NCBI GenBank assembly: GCA_965116925.1
Contig: OZ220744.1
Location: 3,168,001-3,232,000 of the forward strand
From: Candidatus Poribacteria bacterium
Lineage (GTDB): Bacteria; Poribacteria; WGA-4E; PCPOR2b
Length of the DNA: 64,000 nucleotides
Reading direction: 5' to 3'
The notes beneath the pieces are model-generated. The model was given only the letters and a program-made list of their open reading frames with translations. It was not told where the DNA came from and did not search any database. The position numbers were made by a program, and so were the translations under genes. Positions 18,812-29,020 of the stretch are shown here, piece by piece. Each line of letters opens with the position of its first letter. Positions within the stretch are counted from its first letter, which is position 1.

Positions 18812-20668
18812 CTATCCTCCGTGAAACCCTCGCTGAAAGAGATTAAAAATAGCATCAAGCTTCGCCCGATTCGCGGAATTCTCTGGGAATAGGCGAGACA
18901 ACCGTTCATAAAATTTCAAGAATGCCGGCGTAAAGTTTCGGTACGTTTGAGGGGATTTCTCGGCTTGAACTAGCTCCGTAATACCTTTCCACCCACTTTC
19001 TTGAGCCTTCAACTCCTCCTCAGTTTCTATAGGGCTGGCGACAACTTGCTCAAATGCGCGAAGTGCTTTTCGATACTGCTTATCCCGCAGATATGCCCAT
19101 CCAAGAGTATCAAGGAAATTTTTTTCTGTTGGTGCTTGTCTTACTGCGTTCAGCGCAAGTTCAACTGTCTTTTGGGGGTTGGTTCGCTGCTCAACGTAAA
19201 GCCATGCCAAATTGTTACTCCATTTTCCAGCTTCGGGGTCTTTTTTGACAGCACTCTGATAAAAGACTTCCAACTTGCGATTCCAAAACCTCCCCTCTTG
19301 AGGGTCAAGCTCCTTGGCGCGCATGTAAAAATGTTCCAAGTTTCGATAAAGTATCCGATTGTACCCCCGTTTATCTACAACCGCTTCACACAGTTCTATA
19401 TAGTCTATAAGTTCCGTTTTCTCATCTGGACGCTCGAAAGCTGTTGCTTGGTAAACCCGAAGCAGATTATCATTCCAAGCGGGGTTGTCTGGATCCGCTT
19501 GGAGTGCCTTTTCGTAGAACTGTTTCAGTTTGTGTGTCCAAGAAGCCTCATCCGGAAAAATCTTTAATGCTTCGATATAAAGGTTTTCAAGAATCGCGTA
19601 GGCGTTGGGGTCATAAGGACGTTCTAAGATTTGTTCCTCATAACTTTTGATATAATCGGGAAGGTCAGCGGGGGCTATCCTATCAACCTGCCGTTCAGCC
19701 ATCTCTCTTGAATCGGTGACGGCATGTAGGACCGGCATAACACCGCTTGCGATTGCCAAAACAACAAGTGCTGCGGCCAACCCCGCCACAATCCTTTTTT
19801 CACGTTCACGATAGCTAAAAATTTCTGGCGTAAGGACTATCCCGCCGATAAACCCTGTCAACAGTCCACTGAGGTGAGCAGCGTTGTTGACGTTGTAGTT
19901 GAAATGCGGGAGGACGAAGAATCCAAGAAGAAGGTCAATCGCAATAAATGGGAGCAGCCGTAACCCAAGGATCCGTCCCAGCCTTCTTGGAAGCCGATCC
20001 TTGTAGCGGATGCCCAAAGCGACGGCAACACCGATCAAACCGAATACAGCACCCGATGCCCCAACTCCAAGGGCATTTTGGACAAAAAACAGACTCGCGA
20101 CGCTACTGACGATAGCTGAAATCAAGTAAAAAAACAGAAAACGACTTCTGCCGTACAACCCTTCCAACAAGCTGCCAAGCAGAAACAGTATGCCCATATT
20201 CAGGAGCAGGTGCAGAGCGTGGGCGTGCAAAAAGGTGCTTGTTAGCAGACGCCAATATTCCCCCTCTTCTATAATTAGATGATAAGAATAAGCCCCAAAC
20301 TGAATCAGGGGACCCAAATCTTGGGAAGAAGCGATCAACCGAAGTTCGAGTGGATGAAAAACAGCAACATTCAGCACAACTAAAATGAACGTCACCACAG
20401 GTAATCTTCTTGGGTACTTGAGAAACCCTCGCCCGGTTTTTAACTCGCTTCTGCCGTTCTCTGATGGACCAACGTCTGTACCTTCCGAATCGCTATCAAG
20501 TCCCCACAGCTTCCGAACCGGCGGAAGTTCGCTGACAGGCTGCCATTGACCATCGGTCAGCGTTTCGGACAATACCAAGGCATCACGCGGGACTCGCCCC
20601 AGCTTTATCCATTCGTATAGCGTTGTCTCATCAATTTCAAAGATTTGATCTGTGATTTGAATTTTCAT
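18812..20668 (-). CDS. Rhomboid intramembrane protease with N-terminal GYF-like and C-terminal TPR regions
   Basis: WRL..FLH..HLLLN; GASG catalytic Ser; AHLSG catalytic His; NNLAW..DTLGWAY TPR. Confidence 0.88.
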   Translation of the reverse strand: MKIQITDQIFEIDETTLYEWIKLGRVPRDALVLSETLTDGQWQPVSELPPVRKLWGLDSDSEGTDVGPSENGRSELKTGRGFLKYPRRLPVVTFILVVLNVAVFHPLELRLIASSQDLGPLIQFGAYSYHLIIEEGEYWRLLTSTFLHAHALHLLLNMGILFLLGSLLEGLYGRSRFLFFYLISAIVSSVASLFFVQNALGVGASGAVFGLIGVAVALGIRYKDRLPRRLGRILGLRLLPFIAIDLLLGFFVLPHFNYNVNNAAHLSGLLTGFIGGIVLTPEIFSYREREKRIVAGLAAALVVLAIASGVMPVLHAVTDSREMAERQVDRIAPADLPDYIKSYEEQILERPYDPNAYAILENLYIEALKIFPDEASWTHKLKQFYEKALQADPDNPAWNDNLLRVYQATAFERPDEKTELIDYIELCEAVVDKRGYNRILYRNLEHFYMRAKELDPQEGRFWNRKLEVFYQSAVKKDPEAGKWSNNLAWLYVEQRTNPQKTVELALNAVRQAPTEKNFLDTLGWAYLRDKQYRKALRAFEQVVASPIETEEELKAQESGWKGITELVQAEKSPQTYRNFTPAFLKFYERLSRLFPENSANRAKLDAIFNLFQRGFHGG

Positions 20669-20698
20669 CGTCTCAGAAATTATTGTGATAGATGAGGA

Positions 20699-22444
20699 TT
20701 ATTCGCTACCCCTCACTCGTCCAGCCATCATCTCTTTCACCGCTGCCAGCGAATAGGTGTTAAGTACATCAGCCTTCTCCAGCCAACCGCGCCGGGCAAC
20801 GTTGATCCCGAATAGCGCACGCTCTAAGTCAGGGATTGAATGTGCATCGGTGTTGACCGACAGTAAGACCCCGCGATCACGTGCCTGCCGTACAGGGCCC
20901 GGTTCTAGGTCCAATCGGCTGGGAGCAGCATTAATCTCTAATGCGACACCGTGCGCTGCTGCCGCATCAATCACCGCTCCAAGATTAACTGCGTATCCCG
21001 GCCGGCGCCCTAACAGACGCCCTGTCGGGTGGCCAATGATAGTGACATACGGATTTTCGATTGCGCGAATAATGCGGTCGGTCATCTCCGATTCACTCAT
21101 TGACAAACCCCCATGGACGCTTGCTACAACTATATCGAGCTGCGCCAGCAGTTCGTCCGGAAAGTCAAGACTGCCGTCCTTAAGGATATCGACCTCTGAA
21201 CCAGTAAGCACTTCCATCCCATCAATTTCTGTGTCGATTTCACGAACCTGTTGGATTTGTGACGCCAACCGTTCAGACGTTAATCCGTTGGCAATCCGTG
21301 AGGATTTGGAGTGATCGGTAATAGCGATGTATTCATGCCCAAGTGACGCCGCAGCCTCTACCATCTGTCGTATTGTACCCCGTCCATCGCTCCAATTGGT
21401 GTGCATATGCAGGTCACACCGGAGATCGCTTTGCTCAATAAGGGTTGGTAGTCCCCCTCTTCTCCCCTCCGCCAGCGGGCGGGAAGGGAGGGTTGCTGCC
21501 TCAATCGAATCAGCACCACCCCGTAATTCAGGGACGATGAACGCCAATCCAAGCTGACCGTAAATGTCGGATTCCGTCCTGTTTTTTGACCAATCCGGCA
21601 ACCGTTCCCCTACGGTTTCAATACCTTGAGAGATCGCAATCTGATTGAGTTGAGCCAAGTGCGCGTCGGCACCCGTCGTTACGACTAAAGTCGCTTCATA
21701 TTCCGCCTCATTGGTGCAATAAACCCGCAACGGAAATCCCCTATCCACTGAAGCAACGACGACATCATCTTGTATCGCTGGAGATACCACACCTTTCACC
21801 CCGGACAATACTTCGACAATTCCCTGTGCACCACTACATTCCGCGACTAGCTCAAGGCTTCGCAACATCTCCTCGTGCCTGCGAAAATCTCCGGTGAAGC
21901 CTAGTCGTTTAATATCTGGACAATTTTTAAGTGCGTCAAAAACAGCATCTGCAATCGGTAAAATCTGCCGGAGTGGGCGCATCTTCCTTTGTGCTTCGAG
22001 AAACCGTAACCCCTCATCAATTGATGCAATTGTCTTGGAGCCCATCCGTTTCATCTGCTTGAGCCGGCCAGCATCAATCGCTGCGCGGAGGTCGCTGAGA
22101 CCTTTTACGCCCAACTCATGATAAAACCGTCCCGCTGTTTTCACCCCAACCCCCCGAATAGCGATGAGATCTAGCACATCGGAGCCCATCTCCTGAATCA
22201 GGTTATCATAGAAACGGCACTGCCCAGTCTCTAACATTTCAATAATTTTCTGTTCAATTGCTTTACCAATACCCGGAATTGAGCGAAGCGTTCCCTCCTC
22301 TGCCAATCCATACAGATCTGCCGAGAGTTCATCAATTGTGTCCGCCGCCCGATCGTAAATTCTGGCACGAAAGCTATCATCACCTTTGATCTGAAGCAGA
22401 TTGCCGATATTTCTAAACACTTCACCGATTTCGTCGTTTGTCAT
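20699..22444 (-). CDS. polX: PolX-PHP (family X polymerase/3'-5' exonuclease), polymerase site degenerate
   Basis: HhH GIGK/GVGVK; PHP motifs DLHMH, TDH, EVD, GHP, TDAH. Confidence 0.9.
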   Translation of the reverse strand: MTNDEIGEVFRNIGNLLQIKGDDSFRARIYDRAADTIDELSADLYGLAEEGTLRSIPGIGKAIEQKIIEMLETGQCRFYDNLIQEMGSDVLDLIAIRGVGVKTAGRFYHELGVKGLSDLRAAIDAGRLKQMKRMGSKTIASIDEGLRFLEAQRKMRPLRQILPIADAVFDALKNCPDIKRLGFTGDFRRHEEMLRSLELVAECSGAQGIVEVLSGVKGVVSPAIQDDVVVASVDRGFPLRVYCTNEAEYEATLVVTTGADAHLAQLNQIAISQGIETVGERLPDWSKNRTESDIYGQLGLAFIVPELRGGADSIEAATLPSRPLAEGRRGGLPTLIEQSDLRCDLHMHTNWSDGRGTIRQMVEAAASLGHEYIAITDHSKSSRIANGLTSERLASQIQQVREIDTEIDGMEVLTGSEVDILKDGSLDFPDELLAQLDIVVASVHGGLSMSESEMTDRIIRAIENPYVTIIGHPTGRLLGRRPGYAVNLGAVIDAAAAHGVALEINAAPSRLDLEPGPVRQARDRGVLLSVNTDAHSIPDLERALFGINVARRGWLEKADVLNTYSLAAVKEMMAGRVRGSE

Positions 22445-22580
22445 TTTGTATGCTCTTTTTGCTGGTGTGTTTGTATGATGTGTGGGAATATTCTACCACA
22501 CGAGGAAGGAAGGTGCAAAGGGTTTGATTCCTCTAGCACCAGCGGGTTATGAGAAGTGGCTATCGGAGGCGGATTGCTGA

Positions 22581-24236
22581 TTAGTGTTGTTGCTGCAATC
22601 GGTAAACTCGTATCTCCGGATGCGTCAATGCCCGTATCGGAAAAGGTGCGCCTTGGTCCGAGATTGGTATACCGAGAAAATGCGGCTGACGCTGAAAACG
22701 TTGTGCGAGGACATATCGACCTGCCCCCCCAAAAACCCGCTCGTAGAATTCCACCGCCGCCTCTGTATCAACCGATTCCAACGGATACCAATCAATTGCG
22801 GAATAGTATGTTGGCTTCGCAGCGTAGTTCAGAAAAACCTCCGCATTCGGCATTGAGATAAGGACCCACTCCGTTCCCTCTCCCCCCTCCGCTCTATCCA
22901 ATTTCGGCAGAACCCAATCAAATAAGATCTCTGGTTCATGTTCAATCGCTTTATCCGGTGGAACGTTTGATTCTATCCATTCAGCAGCCTCAATGGTTGT
23001 TGGCACCGATCTCATAACGTTGGCAAAGGCAGCGGTGTAAATTAGTGAATATACGCCTATCCCGCCCAAAATGACAGCGGATAGGGTGGGCTTTGTCCAC
23101 TGTTTTGGAATCAAATTTCGGTGTGTCCAATCCCATCGAGAGAGTATGGTGCTCACCCTATCTATAAACCCTGCCGCGAATAGGATCAACACCGGATAAA
23201 TTAGCAGCAGATGACGGACAAATTTCAATTTGTGTGCACCGATGAATAGCAGATACGGTATCACAAAAGCGAGGAGAATTTTATCTCCATCTTTCCGTTG
23301 AATTATCGCCAGCAAGGTTCCGACAATTGCAAGCAACGCCAACGGCGGCCCCAGACCCCACCGCAGGAGCGTCCACAGATAGGTAAATCGATTGAACCAG
23401 TTAATTTCACCGGTCGCAAACAGCCCAAAGTGCCCTTTTTGGTAATGCGAGGATTCGTAAGCCAGTCCATCAAAGAATAGGTTCCACTCTGAGGAAAAAA
23501 GGTCAATCAGCCAGTACGGGCAGACTATCGTGAACGCTGCCCCTGCAACCCCAATAACGGTTGCTAATTTCAAGAGAAAATCCAACGGTTGAAAACGTTC
23601 GGATCGCAAGAACAGAAGGGCAGCAACGGATAAGCCTGCGAAAATCGTTGTGAACTTGACAGCGAAACCAATTCCCGCAATAACACCCAACCAAACGCAC
23701 CCGCCTTTTCCCCTCGCTAGCGGGAGGACAAAGGGGGGGAAGGAGACGGATTGTGTCCTGGCACAGAACCAGAGTAGCAGGGTTACGCAGAAGGTGGCGG
23801 GGATATCGACGAGCGCGAAGCGAGACTCATTCGTTGCATGCAGCATGGCTACGGCAAGTAATCCACCACCAATCAGTCCAATGGTGCGGCTGTAAAATCG
23901 GCGACCAACCTGATACGTCAGCCAAATCGTCGCTACCGACAGCAAAACGTTTGTAAAACGCCCCAACCAAATGACCTGAGCAACTGTGAGATCTAATCCA
24001 AACGTCTCTAAAACCACACAGATCAACGCAACTAGGTAAAACCAAGCAGTTCCGGGCCAATTATAGATCTGAGGCGGAGATTCAAGATGGATAAGGTTGA
24101 GGATGTCCTGTGCAATCAGCGGTTCACGCGGATCAGGATGGTTGGGCAAGCCGACATCAAGCCCAACGATTCGGAGAGCGAACCCGACCATCAGGATAGG
24201 GAGGAGTACCGGATCAATTCGAGAGAAGCGCATCAT
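22581..24236 (-). CDS. GT-C membrane glycosyltransferase (ArnT/PMT-like)
   Basis: Many TM segments; LRI..HPD, SRFALVD, AVKFT, RHLL motifs. Confidence 0.75.
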   Translation of the reverse strand: MMRFSRIDPVLLPILMVGFALRIVGLDVGLPNHPDPREPLIAQDILNLIHLESPPQIYNWPGTAWFYLVALICVVLETFGLDLTVAQVIWLGRFTNVLLSVATIWLTYQVGRRFYSRTIGLIGGGLLAVAMLHATNESRFALVDIPATFCVTLLLWFCARTQSVSFPPFVLPLARGKGGCVWLGVIAGIGFAVKFTTIFAGLSVAALLFLRSERFQPLDFLLKLATVIGVAGAAFTIVCPYWLIDLFSSEWNLFFDGLAYESSHYQKGHFGLFATGEINWFNRFTYLWTLLRWGLGPPLALLAIVGTLLAIIQRKDGDKILLAFVIPYLLFIGAHKLKFVRHLLLIYPVLILFAAGFIDRVSTILSRWDWTHRNLIPKQWTKPTLSAVILGGIGVYSLIYTAAFANVMRSVPTTIEAAEWIESNVPPDKAIEHEPEILFDWVLPKLDRAEGGEGTEWVLISMPNAEVFLNYAAKPTYYSAIDWYPLESVDTEAAVEFYERVFGGAGRYVLAQRFQRQPHFLGIPISDQGAPFPIRALTHPEIRVYRLQQQH

Positions 24237-24281
24237 TCTTCAAGGCGTACACAGGCATCTCAACTTCCAATTATCAGCAGC

Positions 24282-24899
24282 TTATTGGGTAACCTTCGCC
24301 CACATGTCATCAGAAATTGCGGATTTAATCTTCTCCGATTGATCCGACATCGCTGGCAGTTCCAGTTTCTTGAAAATCTGCCGCCACCGCTCTGGTTGAG
24401 TAACATCGACATAGACCGGCAAGAAGCCAAGGTTTAGATAGGTCTTGATCGCCGGCAGCCGAAAGTCATCGGTGCCGAGTTTAGCGCACTTGAAGCTGTG
24501 TTCTCGAAGGTACAACAGCACGCTGAGCGTTACACATCTACCCAGCTTATGTCCGGTGTGAGCAGAGTGGACGCCAACCATGTGGACAATGCCAACATCT
24601 GTCTCATCGGGCGTATCTTTCCACGCACATGTCGTACCGACCGGCGTGCCTTGATAGGTCGCAAAATAGAGCCCCTCTGGATCAAACACATCGCGATCCA
24701 TAATATCCCGGCGGGCGTCTGCAGCCGTGCGTTCACCACCAAACGAGTCGCTGATCACGTTCGCCCAGTGTACATCATCCCCCTCTTGGTAGGTGCGGAT
24801 TTCATACCCCGCTGGAATCTCCACTGGGGGTAATCCATCCAAATTGGGTCGAACCATTCTCAATTGCCTTGCCATCGAGTTCTCCTGTGTATATGGCAT
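24282..24899 (-). CDS. GNAT N-acetyltransferase
   Basis: VGVHSAHTGHKLG; AIKTYLNLGF. Confidence 0.85.
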   Translation of the reverse strand: MPYTQENSMARQLRMVRPNLDGLPPVEIPAGYEIRTYQEGDDVHWANVISDSFGGERTAADARRDIMDRDVFDPEGLYFATYQGTPVGTTCAWKDTPDETDVGIVHMVGVHSAHTGHKLGRCVTLSVLLYLREHSFKCAKLGTDDFRLPAIKTYLNLGFLPVYVDVTQPERWRQIFKKLELPAMSDQSEKIKSAISDDMWAKVTQ

Positions 24900-24917
24900 T
24901 TTGAAGCCAGTGATAAA

Positions 24918-25826
24918 CTAACTCAACTCGGTACTCGACATCTGCTCCAGAGCGAGCATAAGGGCTTGAGTCCCCAGACGCCCATGACCTTGGGCTTGGA
25001 CAGCGAGATATAGTTGATGCACAAGGGCGAGTCCGGGCAAGCTAAGGTCCATCTTCTTGGCTTCATCAAGTGCGATACCCATGTCCTTGATGAAGTGCTC
25101 CACGAAGAAGCCGGGGTCGAAATTACGTTGGAGAATGCGAGGGGCAAGGTTATCAAGCGACCAACAGGCAGCTGCGCCGCCGCTAATCGACGAGAGCATC
25201 GTCTCCAAGTCTAATCCCGCTTTGTAGCCGTAGAGCAGCGCTTCACAAACACCAGCCATCGTTCCAGCAATCGTGATTTGGTTACACATCTTCGTGTGCT
25301 GCCCGGCACCCGCGCCACCCTGATGCACGATATTTTGACCCATCGCTTCAAAGAGCGGCATGACAGCTTCAACGGCATCGGCATCGCCGCCCACCATAAT
25401 AGAAAGTCGTGCTTCCCGCGCACCAACATCACCGCCGGAAACGGGCGCATCAATAGAAGATACGCCTTGCGGTTTCGCTGCTTCATAAATCTCTTGTGCT
25501 AACGAAGGCTCCGTGGTTGTCATGTCAACAACCATACTGCCAGACTTCGCGCCTTTCAAAATGCCATTGTCGCCGAGATAGACTTCGCGCACATCGGGTG
25601 GGAACCCGACGATGCTGAAGATAACATCTGACGCTGCAGCAACCTCGCTCGGCGAATCCGCCCATGAGGCACCGTCATCAAGCAACGGTTGCGCTTTTGA
25701 TTTGGTTCGATTGTAGACCGTCGCCGAATACCCGAGATCCATGATGTGTTGGCACATCCAGCGTCCCATCACGCCTGTACCAACCCAGCCAATTTTCGTA
25801 CTCTGTGGATCGATTGTTGTTGCCAT
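24918..25826 (-). CDS. NAD(P)-dependent beta-hydroxyacid dehydrogenase (3-hydroxyisobutyrate/tartronate semialdehyde reductase family)
   Basis: [27 protein letters not shown]. Confidence 0.92.
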   Translation of the reverse strand: MATTIDPQSTKIGWVGTGVMGRWMCQHIMDLGYSATVYNRTKSKAQPLLDDGASWADSPSEVAAASDVIFSIVGFPPDVREVYLGDNGILKGAKSGSMVVDMTTTEPSLAQEIYEAAKPQGVSSIDAPVSGGDVGAREARLSIMVGGDADAVEAVMPLFEAMGQNIVHQGGAGAGQHTKMCNQITIAGTMAGVCEALLYGYKAGLDLETMLSSISGGAAACWSLDNLAPRILQRNFDPGFFVEHFIKDMGIALDEAKKMDLSLPGLALVHQLYLAVQAQGHGRLGTQALMLALEQMSSTELS

Positions 25827-25845
25827 AATTTTGTCTCCTTAGAAT

Positions 25846-26065
25846 TATAGTGAATTCAAAAAATAAAGAAACACTTGCGCCACCCCGGTAGGTGCGGTTT
25901 GATGAAGTTTAAGTATTTAAATCGGTAATCCCGCTTTTCCTCGAAACATACGGTAGGCGCGGTTTTCAACCGCGCTGGTGTCGCTAGCAAATTACCGAAT
26001 TATTTTTTTAATTTTCATTAACCGCACCGGTTTGGCGTGTCCCATTAATTCTACAATCTACTATA
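25846..26065. mobile_element. MITE family A (ends TATAGTGAATT...AATCTACTATA) interrupted by 117-bp family F element at 25902-26018
   Basis: Uninterrupted 102-108-bp copies at 3552, 4488, 31179, 35876, 55566, 61119. Confidence 0.85.
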
Positions 26066-26218
26066 ACTATAGGTTACGGTTCATGTTAAAAAATCATACA
26101 GCAGAAACCGAGTTTTTTCTTCAAAGCTCGGTTTCTCTTAGAATTTTACACTTTCTTGTTATATAACCCTTGTAGGTAGGACACCAATGAACTACTGAAC
26201 TAATGAACCAATGCACAA

Positions 26219-27217
26219 TTAGAACCAGCCATTCGCCCGATACCAGTCTGCCGTTTCCTGAATCCCTTTCTCGAGGAAATAGATTGGACAATAGCCGAGT
26301 TCCTTTTGTGCCTTTGTACTGTCACAGATCCAAAATCGCTGCTTTAGATCTCGCACTTTTTGGCGGTTCAAGGTTGGAGTTTGGCGCGTAATCTTCGCTG
26401 CAGCCTCCGTAAAGATCGAAATACAATCCAGCAAGAAAAACGGCACTTTCACCTTGAGCGGACGCTTTTCCAGCGCATCAGCAATGACGCGCTCAATCCC
26501 CAGCCATGTATGAATATCCCCATCCGTCAGAAAATAGGTCTCACCGACCGCACACTCGGATACAGCAGCGGTATAAATTCCTGCCACCAAATCCTTCACA
26601 TGCACCAAGCTCAACAACTTATCTGCATCACCAAGGATCGGTATCATCCCACGATTAATCATCTGAAAAAAGAGGAAAATGTCCGAATCCCTCGGTCCAT
26701 ACACTGCTGGTGGACGAATAATCGTTATCGGTAGCCGATCTGCATACTCACGAACAACCATCTCACCTTTGAGTTTGCTGCTACCGTAGTCCGTCAGCGG
26801 TTGTGGCGTAACATCTTCCGTGTTCGGTGTTGCATTGCAACTGGGACCGACTGCAGCGAGGCTGCTGCAATAGACAAACCGACCTAAATTTGTCTGTGCA
26901 CTTAAACACGCTTCAACGAGATGCTTTGTGCCTTCAGCGTTAACCCGGTCATAAATTGCAGCGTCCGGCGCTTTGGTCAAGCCGGCGAGATGAAAAACCA
27001 AATCAACATCTCGGACATGCTGTGCCAGAATATCAGTATCGTGCAGGTCACCCGTAACTATGTGGACTTGCGGCGATTTGGTGTCAAGGAGTTGGCTAAG
27101 CCAACGTAGATTACTCGTTTTGCGGATTAAGCAGGTGACCTGATAGCCTTGATCGACAAGTCGCTCGACCAGATGGCTGCCGATGAAACCTGTTCCGCCG
27201 GTGACATAAGCCTTCAT
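26219..27217 (-). CDS. NAD-dependent epimerase/dehydratase (extended SDR)
   Basis: TGGTGFIG; YGSSK; RPPAVYGP. Confidence 0.9.
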   Translation of the reverse strand: MKAYVTGGTGFIGSHLVERLVDQGYQVTCLIRKTSNLRWLSQLLDTKSPQVHIVTGDLHDTDILAQHVRDVDLVFHLAGLTKAPDAAIYDRVNAEGTKHLVEACLSAQTNLGRFVYCSSLAAVGPSCNATPNTEDVTPQPLTDYGSSKLKGEMVVREYADRLPITIIRPPAVYGPRDSDIFLFFQMINRGMIPILGDADKLLSLVHVKDLVAGIYTAAVSECAVGETYFLTDGDIHTWLGIERVIADALEKRPLKVKVPFFLLDCISIFTEAAAKITRQTPTLNRQKVRDLKQRFWICDSTKAQKELGYCPIYFLEKGIQETADWYRANGWF

Positions 27218-27255
27218 AGGCGATACCTGTACGAACTTATGAACTCCACGCGAGT

Positions 27256-28335
27256 CTACTCCTCGATCTCCTCATCTTCTTTCATTTCTCGATGTCGGAG
27301 GTCTTTCGTCAATTGTGACATCAAGACAATTCCACCAACCGCGACGCCGCAGTAGGTCGTAAAGAACCGCGTGATGAGAGCATATAGACCAATTGCCCCG
27401 GAAATTGCCCCAGAGGCAAGGAGTGGCTTCATCAGAATTGCAATTAAAAATTCTGAAATCCCGCTCGCGCCTGGGCTAGGTGCAAATAAGGTCACGAAAC
27501 CGATTATGACCTGAACAGCAATGACATGCCAAAAAGGAGCATCTCCGCCCAAGGCGCGAACAATAACATAGCCACCGACGAACCGGCTCATATAGATACC
27601 TATCGTAAAAACGAAACTCAGAGCGCAGACCAGTTTATGTTCGGTGACAAACATACGGGTGAATGCTTTGTGCTCCATTATCACGTTGTCGAGGGCGCGG
27701 ATCAGACGGTCTAGAATGTTTGCAGCAAGTCGAAATCCACGTCGTCTCGGCAGTTGGATACGGGTTAGAGGAAGCAATACTGTTTCTGGTTTGACGAGCA
27801 AAAGGAGAAAGACAAAAAGGGTAAACGCAAACATCAACAGACTATATTGACTGACAAGCGTAATCGCTTTGGGCAGAAAGGCGGGGGCGCGCTGCACAAC
27901 ATACCCTGTCGAAAGGATGAGAAACGTCAGCGTGCCAATGAAGCTGATGACACCGGTGGTCACAGTTCCTGAGAACGGCACACCCGCCCGATTAAAAATA
28001 TAGAGATGCCCTAGCCCGCCAGTTTGAAATGGTGTGATTCCTCCAATACACAGGGTTGCCAAATTGGCGCGTAGACCATGAAGGAATGTCACGTGCTCTG
28101 ACATCTTCCGAACAAAAATATAGAGACGCGCACCACCTGATAACCAATCGCAGAACATGCACAATACCGCGAGAAGTAAGAACCGCCCGTCCATTGAGCG
28201 TAAGACAACCTCAATATTCGCAGTATCGCTCCGTAAAAAGCTGAGATATAATCCAATAACTGTACATAGAATAAAGAAAAGTATGCCACGAGCAAAATTT
28301 TTCGGATTTAGCGATCTGCTAAAGAACTCTTTCAT
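27256..28335 (-). CDS. Lysylphosphatidylglycerol-synthase TM (flippase-like, UPF0104) protein
   Basis: Multi-TM; ITPFQTGG; PSPGASGISE. Confidence 0.8.
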   Translation of the reverse strand: MKEFFSRSLNPKNFARGILFFILCTVIGLYLSFLRSDTANIEVVLRSMDGRFLLLAVLCMFCDWLSGGARLYIFVRKMSEHVTFLHGLRANLATLCIGGITPFQTGGLGHLYIFNRAGVPFSGTVTTGVISFIGTLTFLILSTGYVVQRAPAFLPKAITLVSQYSLLMFAFTLFVFLLLLVKPETVLLPLTRIQLPRRRGFRLAANILDRLIRALDNVIMEHKAFTRMFVTEHKLVCALSFVFTIGIYMSRFVGGYVIVRALGGDAPFWHVIAVQVIIGFVTLFAPSPGASGISEFLIAILMKPLLASGAISGAIGLYALITRFFTTYCGVAVGGIVLMSQLTKDLRHREMKEDEEIEE

Positions 28336-28453
28336 CCACTGTTTCCTTGGTACATACGGATTTCAAAACAGATTGGGGTGCCAACTTTGAATTGATGGAT
28401 TGGAGTATTATAGGGGGCAGGTTTGATAGCAAACTTCAGAGCAATGAAGGCTT

Positions 28454-29020
28454 TTACAAATCAATCCAATACCGAGAAATCAGTTTTCCTGTACTGTTTG
28501 AAATCCCTTGGCTCACCAACTTCCCACCATTTTTCTCAATGACACGTGCAGAACCAATATTATCGGTATCGCAAGTCAGCAACACGCGATTTAGTCTTAA
28601 ATCTCTGGCTTTTTCCAGTGTCAGCGCAAGTATGCGTGTCCCGTAGCCCTTCCGTCGCGCCGAAGGACGAATCACATATCCAATGTGACCACCCTCATGT
28701 TCCAAGGACGTTGTCAACCAATGACGGAGCCGACTTTCACCGATAATCTGATTGTCATTTGCCATAAGCCAGAATGTAGTACTTGGGACGTAACCGGGCT
28801 TGATTCCAATGCTTTGATTTTCTTCATCAAGGCGGCGAATATAGGCAGAAAAGTTATTTTCAATAAGATCGCGATCGTTTTGGAATCGATTTTCACCTGC
28901 TACCCAAGATTCTTTTGCCCAAAATTCTTCTGCCATTGATAGGTACTCAGATTCAAATGCAATAGAGGACTGGATCAATGTTGCTCCCTTGCAATTCATC
29001 ATACCCTTCCTTAGGCACAC
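28454..29020 (-). CDS. GNAT N-acetyltransferase (RimJ-like)
   Basis: GHIGYVIRPSARRKGYG; NIGSARVIEKNGG. Confidence 0.88.
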   Translation of the reverse strand: MCLRKGMMNCKGATLIQSSIAFESEYLSMAEEFWAKESWVAGENRFQNDRDLIENNFSAYIRRLDEENQSIGIKPGYVPSTTFWLMANDNQIIGESRLRHWLTTSLEHEGGHIGYVIRPSARRKGYGTRILALTLEKARDLRLNRVLLTCDTDNIGSARVIEKNGGKLVSQGISNSTGKLISRYWIDL

